From IMG/VR virus record IMGVR_UViG_3300030447_000342: DNA of 64,000 bases; one strand, written 5' to 3'. This DNA comes from a virus. Positions 28,202 to 37,212 of this stretch are shown in pieces (within the stretch, counting starts at the first letter, position 1; each line of letters begins with the position of its first letter). The translations under genes and the position numbers were made by a program. The notes below the pieces were generated by a model. It made no database searches. It worked only from the letters and a program-made list of their open reading frames with translations, and had not been told where the DNA came from.

Positions 28202-28407
28202 TGATACCGGTCGTCATAATCGGGCAAATACTTGATAAAGCCACGTTCTCCGACCTCCAAGTAAACAACGTATGCCTTTCGACCGAGCACCTCGTCATGC
28301 AATGGATTTGCTCTGCCGTTTTTGCTCTTAATCGATGTAATCGTGTAATAAGCCGCTGGGACATATGTCCTGCTTAGCTCATATCCCTTCCACAAATCCA
28401 TAATCAT
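28096..28407 (-). CDS. Hypothetical protein
   Basis: 103-aa ORF. Confidence 0.3.
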   Translation of the reverse strand: MIMDLWKGYELSRTYVPAAYYTITSIKSKNGRANPLHDEVLGRKAYVVYLEVGERGFIKYLPDYDDRYHCLHTSTVLDFTPWGNGEDTITIQTANTEYILTKQ

Positions 28408-28678
28408 CCTCCATCAATTGCAGTTTCGTCCGCGCTCCTCGCTTTGCGCTGGCGTGTCTTCCTTTTTGCTTCCTCTCTCCGAACTCTTTTACATATTCAC
28501 GGTTCGCCTTACACTGATTGCAGTTATTTCTTTGTTTGCAGAACCAGCACCCGTCTTGCCCCCACCAAAACCAGTCTGTCATTGATGGTCTTGGTTTTCT
28601 TTTCGCCTTACCCACAATTATGCCTCTCACAAGGGAACGGACAACTATCGCACTGCGAATAGTCACAAGCATTTTCAT
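28379..28678 (-). CDS. Hypothetical basic protein
   Basis: 99 aa, K/R-rich. Confidence 0.3.
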   Translation of the reverse strand: MKMLVTIRSAIVVRSLVRGIIVGKAKRKPRPSMTDWFWWGQDGCWFCKQRNNCNQCKANREYVKEFGERKQKGRHASAKRGARTKLQLMEDDYGFVEGI

Positions 28679-28853
28679 AGTCGCACAGGCAAAGACACTT
28701 CAACCAATATGCAAGACCGCCAATGACTGCTGCTGTTGCCAGTGCAAACAGAATTGCACGAAAAATCATGTCCATCACCTCACCAGCAATCGTAGTCAGT
28801 AATGTTTTTTTCTTCGCCGCAGACAGGGCACTTAATTGTAATCGCCGTTCCAA
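28608..28853 (-). CDS. Hypothetical small membrane/Cys protein
   Basis: 81 aa with a TM-like segment and a Cys cluster. Confidence 0.3.
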   Translation of the reverse strand: MERRLQLSALSAAKKKTLLTTIAGEVMDMIFRAILFALATAAVIGGLAYWLKCLCLCDYENACDYSQCDSCPFPCERHNCG

Positions 28854-29142
28854 TGCCTGTTCCGGTCAGCTCGTACAAATACTTGCTGCCATTTTTACAT
28901 GACTTGTAGTGACTGTCTCTGAACGCTCTTTCTGCTTTCTTCTCGTTATCTGATATCTGGCATAAGGAGTGGGTGCGATTATACTCAGCCAGCTCAACTG
29001 CCTTTCGAATCTCTTCGTCCTTATTCCATTCGGCAACTTTCTTTCGCAAGCTTTCGTTCAATTCGACAAGGGAATCATATTCGTCCTGCGCGGCTTTCAA
29101 TAACCCCTTGAAATCTCTGTGAACTCTAAACATTTGTGCCAC
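28780..29142 (-). CDS. Hypothetical protein with C-terminal CxxC
   Basis: 120-aa ORF. Confidence 0.35.
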   Translation of the reverse strand: MAQMFRVHRDFKGLLKAAQDEYDSLVELNESLRKKVAEWNKDEEIRKAVELAEYNRTHSLCQISDNEKKAERAFRDSHYKSCKNGSKYLYELTGTGIGTAITIKCPVCGEEKNITDYDCW

Positions 29143-29216
29143 TCCTTTCGATTCTTTTCTTCAAGCAATCGTTGGCTGGATTGCTCAAAGAAAAGAGCCG
29201 AATAACTCGGCTCTAT

Positions 29217-29696
29217 TTATATGTAAGCGGCTTGTAATGAGCCGCTTCGTTCTCTTCGTAACATTCCGAGAAGCCTGTCTGCGTCTACGTCTGTCAAAAT
29301 CCTGTACCATTCAGAATGGAAGAACCGCTCCAAACTTTTTAACAATCCCTCGTCTTCATTACGAAGTGCCGAACGATAATCATCTGCTGCGACTGCAACA
29401 ATGGCATTCGCCAAATTGCGCCAAGGGTCGTCGTTGCTTTTTCTCAACCGCCCAAGGCTTACCGATGGTTGTGCCATTGCTCTCTCCGGCATTTCACCTT
29501 GCGGAACACCTCTCGGCAAACACCCACAAGATTTTACGGCACCATTTTTGAGGAATCGCCCATCAACGATGCAGGTCTTGCCACATCTACATTCGCACAG
29601 CCACCTTGGTTGACCGCTGTTACTGTTTTCAGCTCGCTTGACCACTTTTAATTCCCCGAATGTTCTGTTGGTCAAGTCTGTTGATTTACCACTCAT
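29217..29696 (-). CDS. Hypothetical protein
   Basis: 159-aa ORF. Confidence 0.4.
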   Translation of the reverse strand: MSGKSTDLTNRTFGELKVVKRAENSNSGQPRWLCECRCGKTCIVDGRFLKNGAVKSCGCLPRGVPQGEMPERAMAQPSVSLGRLRKSNDDPWRNLANAIVAVAADDYRSALRNEDEGLLKSLERFFHSEWYRILTDVDADRLLGMLRRERSGSLQAAYI

Positions 29697-29701
29697 AAAA
29701 A

Positions 29702-30787
29702 TCAGTCCTTTTCTGCGAGAAGGAAGTCAGGATTGATGACCTTGAAGCTGATGTTGCTCTGGACATTGCGCATAACTACACCTTCTCGTTTTTGTTCCTT
29801 ACGAACCACTGATTTTCCCTTGGAATACTCGACCAGCTCAGCGATAGTTTCGGGCAGGGTCTTGTCCTCCTCAACAATCGGAACAGTCTTAATTCCATAC
29901 GGCTCAAGCAGTTTCTTGATTTCTGCCGTGCCACACTTGTGGTCTGGATAAATCAGGTTGAAGGCAAACAAGTCGTACCCACTAATGTGGTACTTGTTGC
30001 CCTGAATCTGGTTGCCGCAAATCTCACCTTGTAAAACGATGGTTTCATAATCACCGACAAGGTGTTTCAGCACATCTTCGATGTGAAGCTGGCGTGCAAT
30101 CGTCCAGTATGAGCTGTTGTCAGGCGTGCCAAGATAGATATTTCGGCTGCAAACGCCAAACTCATACTTGCGTTTGGAAACTTTGCGCAGGTAATACGTC
30201 GCTGACTGCCCATCAACTTTCTCTGTGACAGAGAACTTCGTTCCCTTGTTACGCTCCATCTCAAAGAGCGTCGTAAGGTTTTGAATGCGGGTCTCATCCG
30301 TCTTGGCAATCCAGTCGGGGAATCCTCCCTTGCGCTTGGGCTTCATAAACAGTTTGCGATACCACTTGAATCGCATCAGGAAGCGAGCGATTGCGCTCTG
30401 CGGTTTTTGCGGTTGCTTCGTCAAGAGCTGTGCTTCTTGCTGCGCTTCTGGGTCATACTTCTTAATGCCCAAAGCGTCTGTCACATCGGCGCCAAGAATG
30501 GCAGGAGTACCATTCGGAAGGATTGACAGTGGGAGAACCAAACCCTGACTGACCTGACCACGCAGCTTAATGGTGCGGACTCTGAACTTTCTGTCTCTCA
30601 AGAACTCGAACTCTGGGCGCTCTGGGACGATAGAATCGACCTCAATGTAAACGATATGCTCTCCTGTATGGAACTCGCCTTTCTGAACCACACATTCCCA
30701 ACCATCGACCTGCGCAACTTCAATGCGGTCAGCTCCTGCAATCGGGCGAAGAGATGCAATCTCACGGATTGTTGCCAAATGTCGCAT
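29702..30787 (-). CDS. ATP-dependent RNA ligase (Rnl family, DraRnl-like with a tRNA-binding-like N-terminal domain)
   Basis: N-terminus LATIREIASLRPIAGADRIEVAQVDGWECVVQKGEF. Nucleotidyltransferase motif I KVDGQSATYY (KxDG). Downstream ligase motifs. Confidence 0.6.
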   Translation of the reverse strand: MRHLATIREIASLRPIAGADRIEVAQVDGWECVVQKGEFHTGEHIVYIEVDSIVPERPEFEFLRDRKFRVRTIKLRGQVSQGLVLPLSILPNGTPAILGADVTDALGIKKYDPEAQQEAQLLTKQPQKPQSAIARFLMRFKWYRKLFMKPKRKGGFPDWIAKTDETRIQNLTTLFEMERNKGTKFSVTEKVDGQSATYYLRKVSKRKYEFGVCSRNIYLGTPDNSSYWTIARQLHIEDVLKHLVGDYETIVLQGEICGNQIQGNKYHISGYDLFAFNLIYPDHKCGTAEIKKLLEPYGIKTVPIVEEDKTLPETIAELVEYSKGKSVVRKEQKREGVVMRNVQSNISFKVINPDFLLAEKD

Positions 30788-30823
30788 AGGACACCCTCCT
30801 TTGAATTATTAAAACCATCGTTT

Positions 30824-31315
30824 TTAGCTTCTGCTGATAACTCTTTTGAACTTCAATGAGCTATTTGCGATGTAATCATCAATCAGTTTGCTCTGTGCTT
30901 TTGTCTCTGCATAGGCAGTGATGGTAATGGACTTTTTGCTCCAGTCCAAGGTATAGCTGTCTGCAGCGACATTCGTGATGTGATGTGTTGCCAGAAAATC
31001 TCGAAACTCTTGCATCGCCTCCAAATTATCCGACATAATGACGTTCACATAGGTCTTGTCTTTTGAGAACCTGTTGCTTAATGCGACAGCTAAACAGCAG
31101 CCAACACCGCTTGCAATGGAAACAGTTGCAAGGGCGAGGCTGCTGTCACTTGTTACGATATCTTTTGTGATGCTAAGGTAGATAAAATTTGACAAGCCGA
31201 GAGCGACTCCGGCAAGGACACAACGATTTCTCTGTACCAAGATTGTCTTGGCTGTACCAAGCGTGTTGTCCAGCACCTTAGCGAAAAATAAAATGACCAG
31301 ATATACGGCTGTCAA
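30824..31315 (-). CDS. Hypothetical integral membrane protein
   Basis: 163 aa with several hydrophobic helices. Confidence 0.4.
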   Translation of the reverse strand: MTAVYLVILFFAKVLDNTLGTAKTILVQRNRCVLAGVALGLSNFIYLSITKDIVTSDSSLALATVSIASGVGCCLAVALSNRFSKDKTYVNVIMSDNLEAMQEFRDFLATHHITNVAADSYTLDWSKKSITITAYAETKAQSKLIDDYIANSSLKFKRVISRS

Positions 31316-31331
31316 ATAATCTCCTCCTTAT

Positions 31332-31547
31332 TTAGAAATCAAAAAACTCTTGGTAAGCCCATACGCCGACAAAGATACCAGCGGGGATGCACCACAAAAG
31401 CAGAAAGGCTGGGTTATGCAGCTTGATGCTCCAAACAATTGGCATAATCATCGTAAGAATGATTAGCGCAATCGAGACGATGGAGACAGCAATGCAAATT
31501 AGAACTTTAACCCAATCTTTTGCATTGTCCCACCATTTTCCCATCAC
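31332..31547 (-). CDS. Hypothetical small membrane protein
   Basis: 71 aa, two TM helices. Confidence 0.3.
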   Translation of the reverse strand: MMGKWWDNAKDWVKVLICIAVSIVSIALIILTMIMPIVWSIKLHNPAFLLLWCIPAGIFVGVWAYQEFFDF

Positions 31548-32434
31548 GGTTCGAGACTAATGATGGGCGTTGAGCCAGTCACCGTAGGCAGCTCGCCGTT
31601 CCACTGCTCATACTTGATTTTTTCAATCAACTCATTGGTAAGTGAAGCCGCAATCTTGCGGTTTGCGTCGGCTTCTGCCTCCGCAGCAATACGCAATGTC
31701 TCTGCTTTTGCTTCTGCTTCAATAACTGCTTTCTCTGCGTTAATCTGTGCGACCTCTCTGTCTTTCTCAGCCTGAACCTTGGCGGTTTGCTTTTCAATAT
31801 TCGCCAACTCAAGCTCCTGCTGAGCAGTGACTTTCTTCTGGATAGCCGCAGCCGTTTCATCGTCAACTGAGATATCCGTAAAGTTTACAGTGTCAATAAT
31901 GATGCCATACTGGTCGAACTTCTCACGCAAATAGGTATCCAACTCGGCATTGATTTCAGTACGCTTGTCGCCAAAGATGTCAGTGACAGGGTAGTTTGCG
32001 GAAACTTCCTGCGTCCACGCCACAACCTTGGGCTTAATAAACGAATCCTTGATTGCCTCGCCAGATTTTCCTTTGAACATTGCAAAGGTTTCGGAGACTC
32101 GTGCCTCATCAAAACGATATGAGAACTCAATATTCACTCGGACAGTCTTACCATCAGAGGTAGGGATGTTGAAACTCTCATCCTTGGGTGAGTCGCCCTT
32201 ATCCTCAGCCGTCAGATATGACTGCTCAATACCGATAGAATACTTGGTCACCTTTTTGGTCGGAGCAACCAGATGCCAGCCCTGTTCCAAGACCTCGCCA
32301 TCAACGCCGCCGTTCATGTTATACACAACGCCGACGTAACCTGCGGGAATCTTCTCCAGACACACAACGCAGCAAACCAAGCCGATAATCAACACAAGTG
32401 CCAGCAAGATTGCGCCAAGTTTACCCTTCTTCAT
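31544..32434 (-). CDS. SPFH/band-7 (stomatin/prohibitin-like) membrane protein with a C-terminal coiled coil
   Basis: N-terminal TM segment. SPFH core GYVGVVYNMNGG..RVNIEFSYRFDEARV. A/E/K-rich coiled-coil tail. Confidence 0.7.
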   Translation of the reverse strand: MKKGKLGAILLALVLIIGLVCCVVCLEKIPAGYVGVVYNMNGGVDGEVLEQGWHLVAPTKKVTKYSIGIEQSYLTAEDKGDSPKDESFNIPTSDGKTVRVNIEFSYRFDEARVSETFAMFKGKSGEAIKDSFIKPKVVAWTQEVSANYPVTDIFGDKRTEINAELDTYLREKFDQYGIIIDTVNFTDISVDDETAAAIQKKVTAQQELELANIEKQTAKVQAEKDREVAQINAEKAVIEAEAKAETLRIAAEAEADANRKIAASLTNELIEKIKYEQWNGELPTVTGSTPIISLEP

Positions 32435-32606
32435 TCCTTTACTTCCTTTTCTTCGTCAGTTTTTTTCTCCGTTTCCTCGGAGATTTCTTTCTTCGCATCA
32501 TTGTACAATCGCATTCCAACTCCGCCGACGCCCTTAAAGGCGAAACTCAAACAGAACCAGATAAGCACAAGCACAATGACTACGATGAGCCAGAACACGA
32601 TGTTCA
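32431..32606 (-). CDS. Small membrane protein translationally coupled to the SPFH gene (NfeD-like partner?); below the ORF-track size cutoff
   Basis: 57 aa MNIVFWLIVVIVLVLIWF.. . AGGAGG RBS. Its stop overlaps the SPFH start (GAATGAAG). Confidence 0.4.
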
Positions 32607-33002
32607 TGTTGTTGCCTCCTGCTCTAAGACTCTTGGTATGTATGTGCGGGTTTCCATACGCTCTTCGACCTTTCTGGTCTTACCCAGCGCTTCACGCACA
32701 AGGTTCAAAAGGTTTTTGCCTTTGTCGCTTTCAAGAAACTGAACGAGCGGCTCAAGAATTTCTACCGTATCCTTGCACTCGCGCCGTGTTTGACGACACT
32801 TTGCAAGCTGTGTAGCAACCTTGGCTCGCTCTTTGTAATCAAGACCGTCAAGCTCCAGTTTGTGAAGGTAGTCCTGCGTGAGCCTATCCATGCGGTTCAC
32901 CTCATCATAGTTCCACGCATAGTCCCTTTGCGCATTCTCCATCAGCTTACAGAAACTACTGATAGATTCTGAAAACTGTGGTGCCGCCTTTACTTTACTC
33001 AC
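32604..33002 (-). CDS. Hypothetical coiled-coil protein
   Basis: 132-aa ORF. Confidence 0.35.
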   Translation of the reverse strand: MSKVKAAPQFSESISSFCKLMENAQRDYAWNYDEVNRMDRLTQDYLHKLELDGLDYKERAKVATQLAKCRQTRRECKDTVEILEPLVQFLESDKGKNLLNLVREALGKTRKVEERMETRTYIPRVLEQEATT

Positions 33003-33016
33003 GCAAGCCTCCTTTC

Positions 33017-34291
33017 TCAGCCGTAGCTGACCTCGTCTTTGTCTGTTCGGATAGAAATAAACACCGGGAACTGTAAACTCCCAGCACCGGTGTTTTTGTC
33101 ATATGATATTTCCTTGTATTTTACCTCGCACAACCGTCCGGGCATTTCATCTTTAGCCGCCCAAAAAGCTGTACGCTGCTCATCGGAAAAGCCAGACCCA
33201 ACATTTACTTCGTTGCCTTTATAGTCCAGCACAAATGCGCCCAGCGTTCCTGCAAGCCTGCCGCTTCCTTCTTCACAACGCAAGATATGCAAATCCATAG
33301 TGTAGAAGCGTTTGACTTTGAGAATTCCGTTGTGACGCTTTCGCTTATATGGAACATCAAAGTTGACCATTAAGCCCTCTTTGTCCTCCCGAACCATTTG
33401 CTCTAATAGCTCATCGATTTTTGTCTGGTCTTTACCGTGATATAAAACAGGGAGGATGTTGACTCGACCATCTTGCGGAATGAAGCGATGAAGCTGGTCT
33501 AAGAAAGACCGGCGATACCCATAGCCGCCCTCGCTTACACCAGCATCGAACTCTTCTGTCGTAAGCACATCAAAAACAGTGTAGCAAACTGCCGTTTTAT
33601 CAGTGTCTTCTGAGTTGATAATGCCCGTTGCCTTGCGGAATGCCTCATTGTCAGACAGTGCTCCTTTATCGCGTAAGGTAAGTTCACCGTCAAAAACATA
33701 GCTATCGTTATCGTCGATTTTGAGCGCGTCCAGAATGTGCCCGAGCCCTTCGTAGGGGACTCCGCTTCTTGCGAACAGTTGCCCTTTGTAGTATGTTGCT
33801 CTGACACCATTCAGTTTTTGAGTGAGCCAAAACTCTGTGCCGTCCTTGACTGGGTATTTGTCGATTGGATATGCCTGCTGAACCTCCCATTCGGGAATCA
33901 GTCCGGGGATAACCTTGTTCACAGTTTTCGCTGTGACACCCAACCGAAGTGTCTTTGACAGAAGTTCAATGTAAAACTCGGATGACTCCGGGTCAGTTAA
34001 ACACTGCACGAAGACCCGCACTTGATATACAGTTGCTGCGTCCAATGCTTTTCGCTTTGCCAACACCTCACAAATTTCGAAGATGTCGGTCATTGTGATT
34101 GTAATTGCTGGGTCATACTCGACAGGCGTTCGCAGTGTTTGTTCCGAAATCTTGTACGTTAGCATTGGATTCAAAGCGTAGTACAAAATCTTACGAAAAT
34201 TCTCAACATCTTTGAAGGCTTGCAAGACCTGCATTTTACTAATCGCGCCGCTTGCGTTCTGCAAACAGCGGACGATTGCTATTTCTTCCAT
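33017..34291 (-). CDS. ATP-dependent polynucleotide ligase (DNA/RNA ligase nucleotidyltransferase superfamily)
   Basis: Motif I variant KLNGVRATYY, motif III FDGELTL, motif IV EGLMVNF, motif V LKVK. Confidence 0.6.
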   Translation of the reverse strand: MEEIAIVRCLQNASGAISKMQVLQAFKDVENFRKILYYALNPMLTYKISEQTLRTPVEYDPAITITMTDIFEICEVLAKRKALDAATVYQVRVFVQCLTDPESSEFYIELLSKTLRLGVTAKTVNKVIPGLIPEWEVQQAYPIDKYPVKDGTEFWLTQKLNGVRATYYKGQLFARSGVPYEGLGHILDALKIDDNDSYVFDGELTLRDKGALSDNEAFRKATGIINSEDTDKTAVCYTVFDVLTTEEFDAGVSEGGYGYRRSFLDQLHRFIPQDGRVNILPVLYHGKDQTKIDELLEQMVREDKEGLMVNFDVPYKRKRHNGILKVKRFYTMDLHILRCEEGSGRLAGTLGAFVLDYKGNEVNVGSGFSDEQRTAFWAAKDEMPGRLCEVKYKEISYDKNTGAGSLQFPVFISIRTDKDEVSYG

Positions 34292-34300
34292 ACAATCACC

Positions 34301-35047
34301 TTACGGCTGTGAGCCGTAGGCTGGCATCGGATTGAGCTTGTGCAGGTTCTGCGTATGCTTCTTTGCAATTACTTTGTCGATGTCTTCATCCCCACTACTA
34401 CCGTGCATGATGTAGTTGTCGAGCTGCATATAGGTAAAGCCCAGATTGTCTTCGTCTGTCTTACCGCAAAGACCGTCCGATGGAGTCTTGTCTACCAGCT
34501 CACGAGGAATGGGGAGTTCGTAGCCAATCTGACGAACCTCATGCACCATGATGTTTGCGAGTGGGCTGAAGTCACCAGCGCTGTCACCGAACTTTGTGGA
34601 GTATCCAACATAATCCTCGGAGCGATTGCAGGTGTTTGCCACCCGACCTCCGCGAGCCAATGACTGCGCGACCATATAGAGTGTCGCCATACGCAGCCTT
34701 GGAGGGAGATTGACCGCTGCCTGATTGCTTACTCCAGACGGCATTGCTCTGCCGACTGCATCAACCATCTTGCTGTATGCGCCGCCAATGTCAACTGTAA
34801 TACTTGCAATGCCAAGCGTATCGACCAGCAGCTTGGAGTCTGCGATATCTTTCTGCCGACCATTCGGCATCAGCACACCGATAACCCGCTCTGTGCCAAG
34901 GGCTTCAACACAAAGTGCTGCGACCACGCTGCTATCTTTGCCACCGGAAATGCCGATAACAGCACAACAGTCGTTGCCGTTTGCAGCGAAATATTCTCGA
35001 ATCCACTGCACGATTTCATCTTTTGTTCTTTTCGGATTTGCCAGCAT
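34301..35047 (-). CDS. nadE: NAD+ synthetase, NadE-type PP-loop ATPase
   Basis: PP-loop GISGGKDSS. LRMATLYMVAQ. YSTKFGDSAGDFSPLANIMVHEVRQIGYELPIPRELVDKTPSDGL aligns with NadE TKYGDGGADLLPL..K.P.ADL. Confidence 0.75.
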   Translation of the reverse strand: MLANPKRTKDEIVQWIREYFAANGNDCCAVIGISGGKDSSVVAALCVEALGTERVIGVLMPNGRQKDIADSKLLVDTLGIASITVDIGGAYSKMVDAVGRAMPSGVSNQAAVNLPPRLRMATLYMVAQSLARGGRVANTCNRSEDYVGYSTKFGDSAGDFSPLANIMVHEVRQIGYELPIPRELVDKTPSDGLCGKTDEDNLGFTYMQLDNYIMHGSSGDEDIDKVIAKKHTQNLHKLNPMPAYGSQP

Positions 35048-35048
35048 A

Positions 35049-35501
35049 CTATACCTCTTTTCTCCACAACTCTACTGTGTACTTATCAGACAGTTCCTTT
35101 TGGATAAGACCCAAAATCACATTCCAGTCCCCACCGCCAAGACCGCATCCAATCTTAAACGGCATGGCAATTGTTTCTTCTGCAGGTACGGTCAACTTAA
35201 TCCGTTTTAAGCAGCTCTGAAATGCGGTGTAATCTGTGTACAGTTTCCCATCATATCCGTAGTTGCTCTGCGCAAACATATTGACAACGACTTTACCGTC
35301 GTTAGCTTGAACGAACTGCGTCCGACCGAACGCATTGCGCTCTTCGTTGCAGAAGCCAACATAGGCGTTATAGACTTCTGGATACTTGGCTCGAACCTGC
35401 TTCGCCACACCACTACCCATTCTCGCCTGACAGTTAACCTGATGGCAAATATATTTGGCGTGGGTCTGAAACAAATCTCCATCAATAATTTGTACCGGCA
35501 T
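35049..35501 (-). CDS. Macro-domain protein (ADP-ribose binding/processing)
   Basis: VQIIDGDLF..HAKYICHQVNCQARMGSGVAKQV..GCGLGGGDW resembles the Macro fold (GDIT..D.IVNAAN..GGGV). Confidence 0.7.
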   Translation of the reverse strand: MPVQIIDGDLFQTHAKYICHQVNCQARMGSGVAKQVRAKYPEVYNAYVGFCNEERNAFGRTQFVQANDGKVVVNMFAQSNYGYDGKLYTDYTAFQSCLKRIKLTVPAEETIAMPFKIGCGLGGGDWNVILGLIQKELSDKYTVELWRKEV

Positions 35502-36991
35502 CAGAACGTTCCTCCGTGAAGATTCTTACGAACCTCATCCAGCGTGAACTGCTTTTCAAACTTTCCATCTCTAAACACGGTGCGCAGTTCATTGCTGTCC
35601 TGTGCTTCAGCCCAAGTAAGACCATCAACGTAATCGTAGCCGTCACCAGTTTTGACTACGCGGCAGCAACCACGCTGAGACTTCTTAAAATGTCCTGTGT
35701 CTGTCTTGGGATTCTTGAAAATCATAATCGGTTTGCCGTCGGCATCTTCTGCATATGTCGCTTTAACTGCAATGCCGAATGTATCCCTCGTGTACGGATT
35801 GTACTGTTTGCTTCCATCGCTCTCGATTGTCTCTAAGCACTCCATTGAGAATGAACCGACACCGAGCGAAACATTATTGATTGCAAAGCCGTTTTTCTCC
35901 AAAAGAGAATAGATTTGCTCACAGCGCTGCGGAGTAATGCTGTCTCCGTAAATTGCCTTGACGTGCGGATTCAGCACCTTGTACCCCTTGCTATTTACTG
36001 TGCCGCCAAAGATGTCCCACAGACGATATACGGTCTCAGTGATTACACTAACAGGGTCACCGCTGTCGCCGCGAATTGAGATGAAGCCATCGTGATTTAG
36101 GATGTCATCTTTGAGCTGAGGGAGGACTTTTTCAACAAGATTCCAATAGTCATAGCTGTCGCTAACCATTGAGAAACTTTGATGCGGATACACCTCACAA
36201 AGAAGTCGTCGAATCTGTGTCACCTCATCACCGTCAACAGCAAAGTTGGAACACATTACGCTGTGTTCTGTTGAGAGCGCACCATATGCGACAGGTTCCT
36301 TGCTACAATCACAGTTGTAATTATGCTCAAGCCACAAAATCGCAGGCACTGTCGCCGTATTCAAGAAGCTCAGGCAGAAAGCCGCTGCGCTCTTTGTTGC
36401 ACTTTCAACGCTCTCTTGCCCGCGCATAGAAAAATCGCCAAGGAGTCTCGCACGAACCACACTGTCATCGCAAGTGCGTTCTGCATACTCATTGACGATT
36501 TTACGATATCTGTACCCAACCTCAGCGGAGACTTGCGTATGCCACATTGTGCAAGAGAGCATCGTCTCGATGGTGTTGACCAGCCATACGAAGTTAGGGT
36601 GTGTATTTGAGATTTCAATTTGTGGGACTTTGATATTGGTTCTCGTTCCTTCGGGAACAGCACGAATCTGTAACGGAAGATAGCCGAGGTCGTGCAATTC
36701 ACGAAGCCGTTTCTCTCCAACGCCTTTTGTTCCGATTGTTGCCCCAAGAACTCTGGTGTACTCCTTGAGTACACTATCAAACGGGACATTAAAGAAGTGG
36801 TCGTTGAATGCCTCAATAAGATATTCCTGAATGAATGCCTGAAGTCCAAACAGTGTAACCTTATCGGTATCACCGAGGCGACTCATGCGTGGCGTGTAGT
36901 AGGAGACCATTTTGGTCAAGCCCTTCGGATACTGTTCAGCGTGACAAGTCTTATAGAAGTCCAGACACAGGAGCGGATTATATGTAATCAT
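35501..36991 (-). CDS. Nicotinamide phosphoribosyltransferase family protein (NadV/NAMPT-like; a Namat-like ADPR-PP-dependent enzyme cannot be excluded)
   Basis: 496 aa. The LDFYKTCH N-terminal motif and overall architecture match the NAMPT family. Co-localised with the Prs-like gene. Confidence 0.8.
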   Translation of the reverse strand: MITYNPLLCLDFYKTCHAEQYPKGLTKMVSYYTPRMSRLGDTDKVTLFGLQAFIQEYLIEAFNDHFFNVPFDSVLKEYTRVLGATIGTKGVGEKRLRELHDLGYLPLQIRAVPEGTRTNIKVPQIEISNTHPNFVWLVNTIETMLSCTMWHTQVSAEVGYRYRKIVNEYAERTCDDSVVRARLLGDFSMRGQESVESATKSAAAFCLSFLNTATVPAILWLEHNYNCDCSKEPVAYGALSTEHSVMCSNFAVDGDEVTQIRRLLCEVYPHQSFSMVSDSYDYWNLVEKVLPQLKDDILNHDGFISIRGDSGDPVSVITETVYRLWDIFGGTVNSKGYKVLNPHVKAIYGDSITPQRCEQIYSLLEKNGFAINNVSLGVGSFSMECLETIESDGSKQYNPYTRDTFGIAVKATYAEDADGKPIMIFKNPKTDTGHFKKSQRGCCRVVKTGDGYDYVDGLTWAEAQDSNELRTVFRDGKFEKQFTLDEVRKNLHGGTF

Positions 36992-37212
36992 TCAGCTTTT
37001 CCTCTTTTCTTTAGTTTTTCACCATATTTCGCAAAAAACACAGCAAACGCGAACGGTGCTGCAACAATCCAGAAAACACCTACCATAATATACCCGTCTT
37101 CGAACCCATTATATTTGTTATATGGTTCTACGATAACGTACAAGCGGCAAAGTGCGAATGTTACAATCGCACCAATGCAGAGGTACAGGAGCACTAAAAG
37201 GACTGTCATCAT
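36988..37212 (-). CDS. Hypothetical small membrane protein
   Basis: 74 aa, two TM helices. Confidence 0.35.
   Translation of the reverse strand: MMTVLLVLLYLCIGAIVTFALCRLYVIVEPYNKYNGFEDGYIMVGVFWIVAAPFAFAVFFAKYGEKLKKRGKAE

Noticed and set aside
34301-35047. TtuA/TtcA-type tRNA thiolase (PP-loop SGGKDS) instead of NadE
   Set aside because: Downstream motifs (LRMATLYMVAQ, YSTKFGDSAGDFSPLANIMVHEV...PSDGL) align with NAD synthetase NadE. No CxxC zinc-finger pairs typical of TtuA/TtcA.
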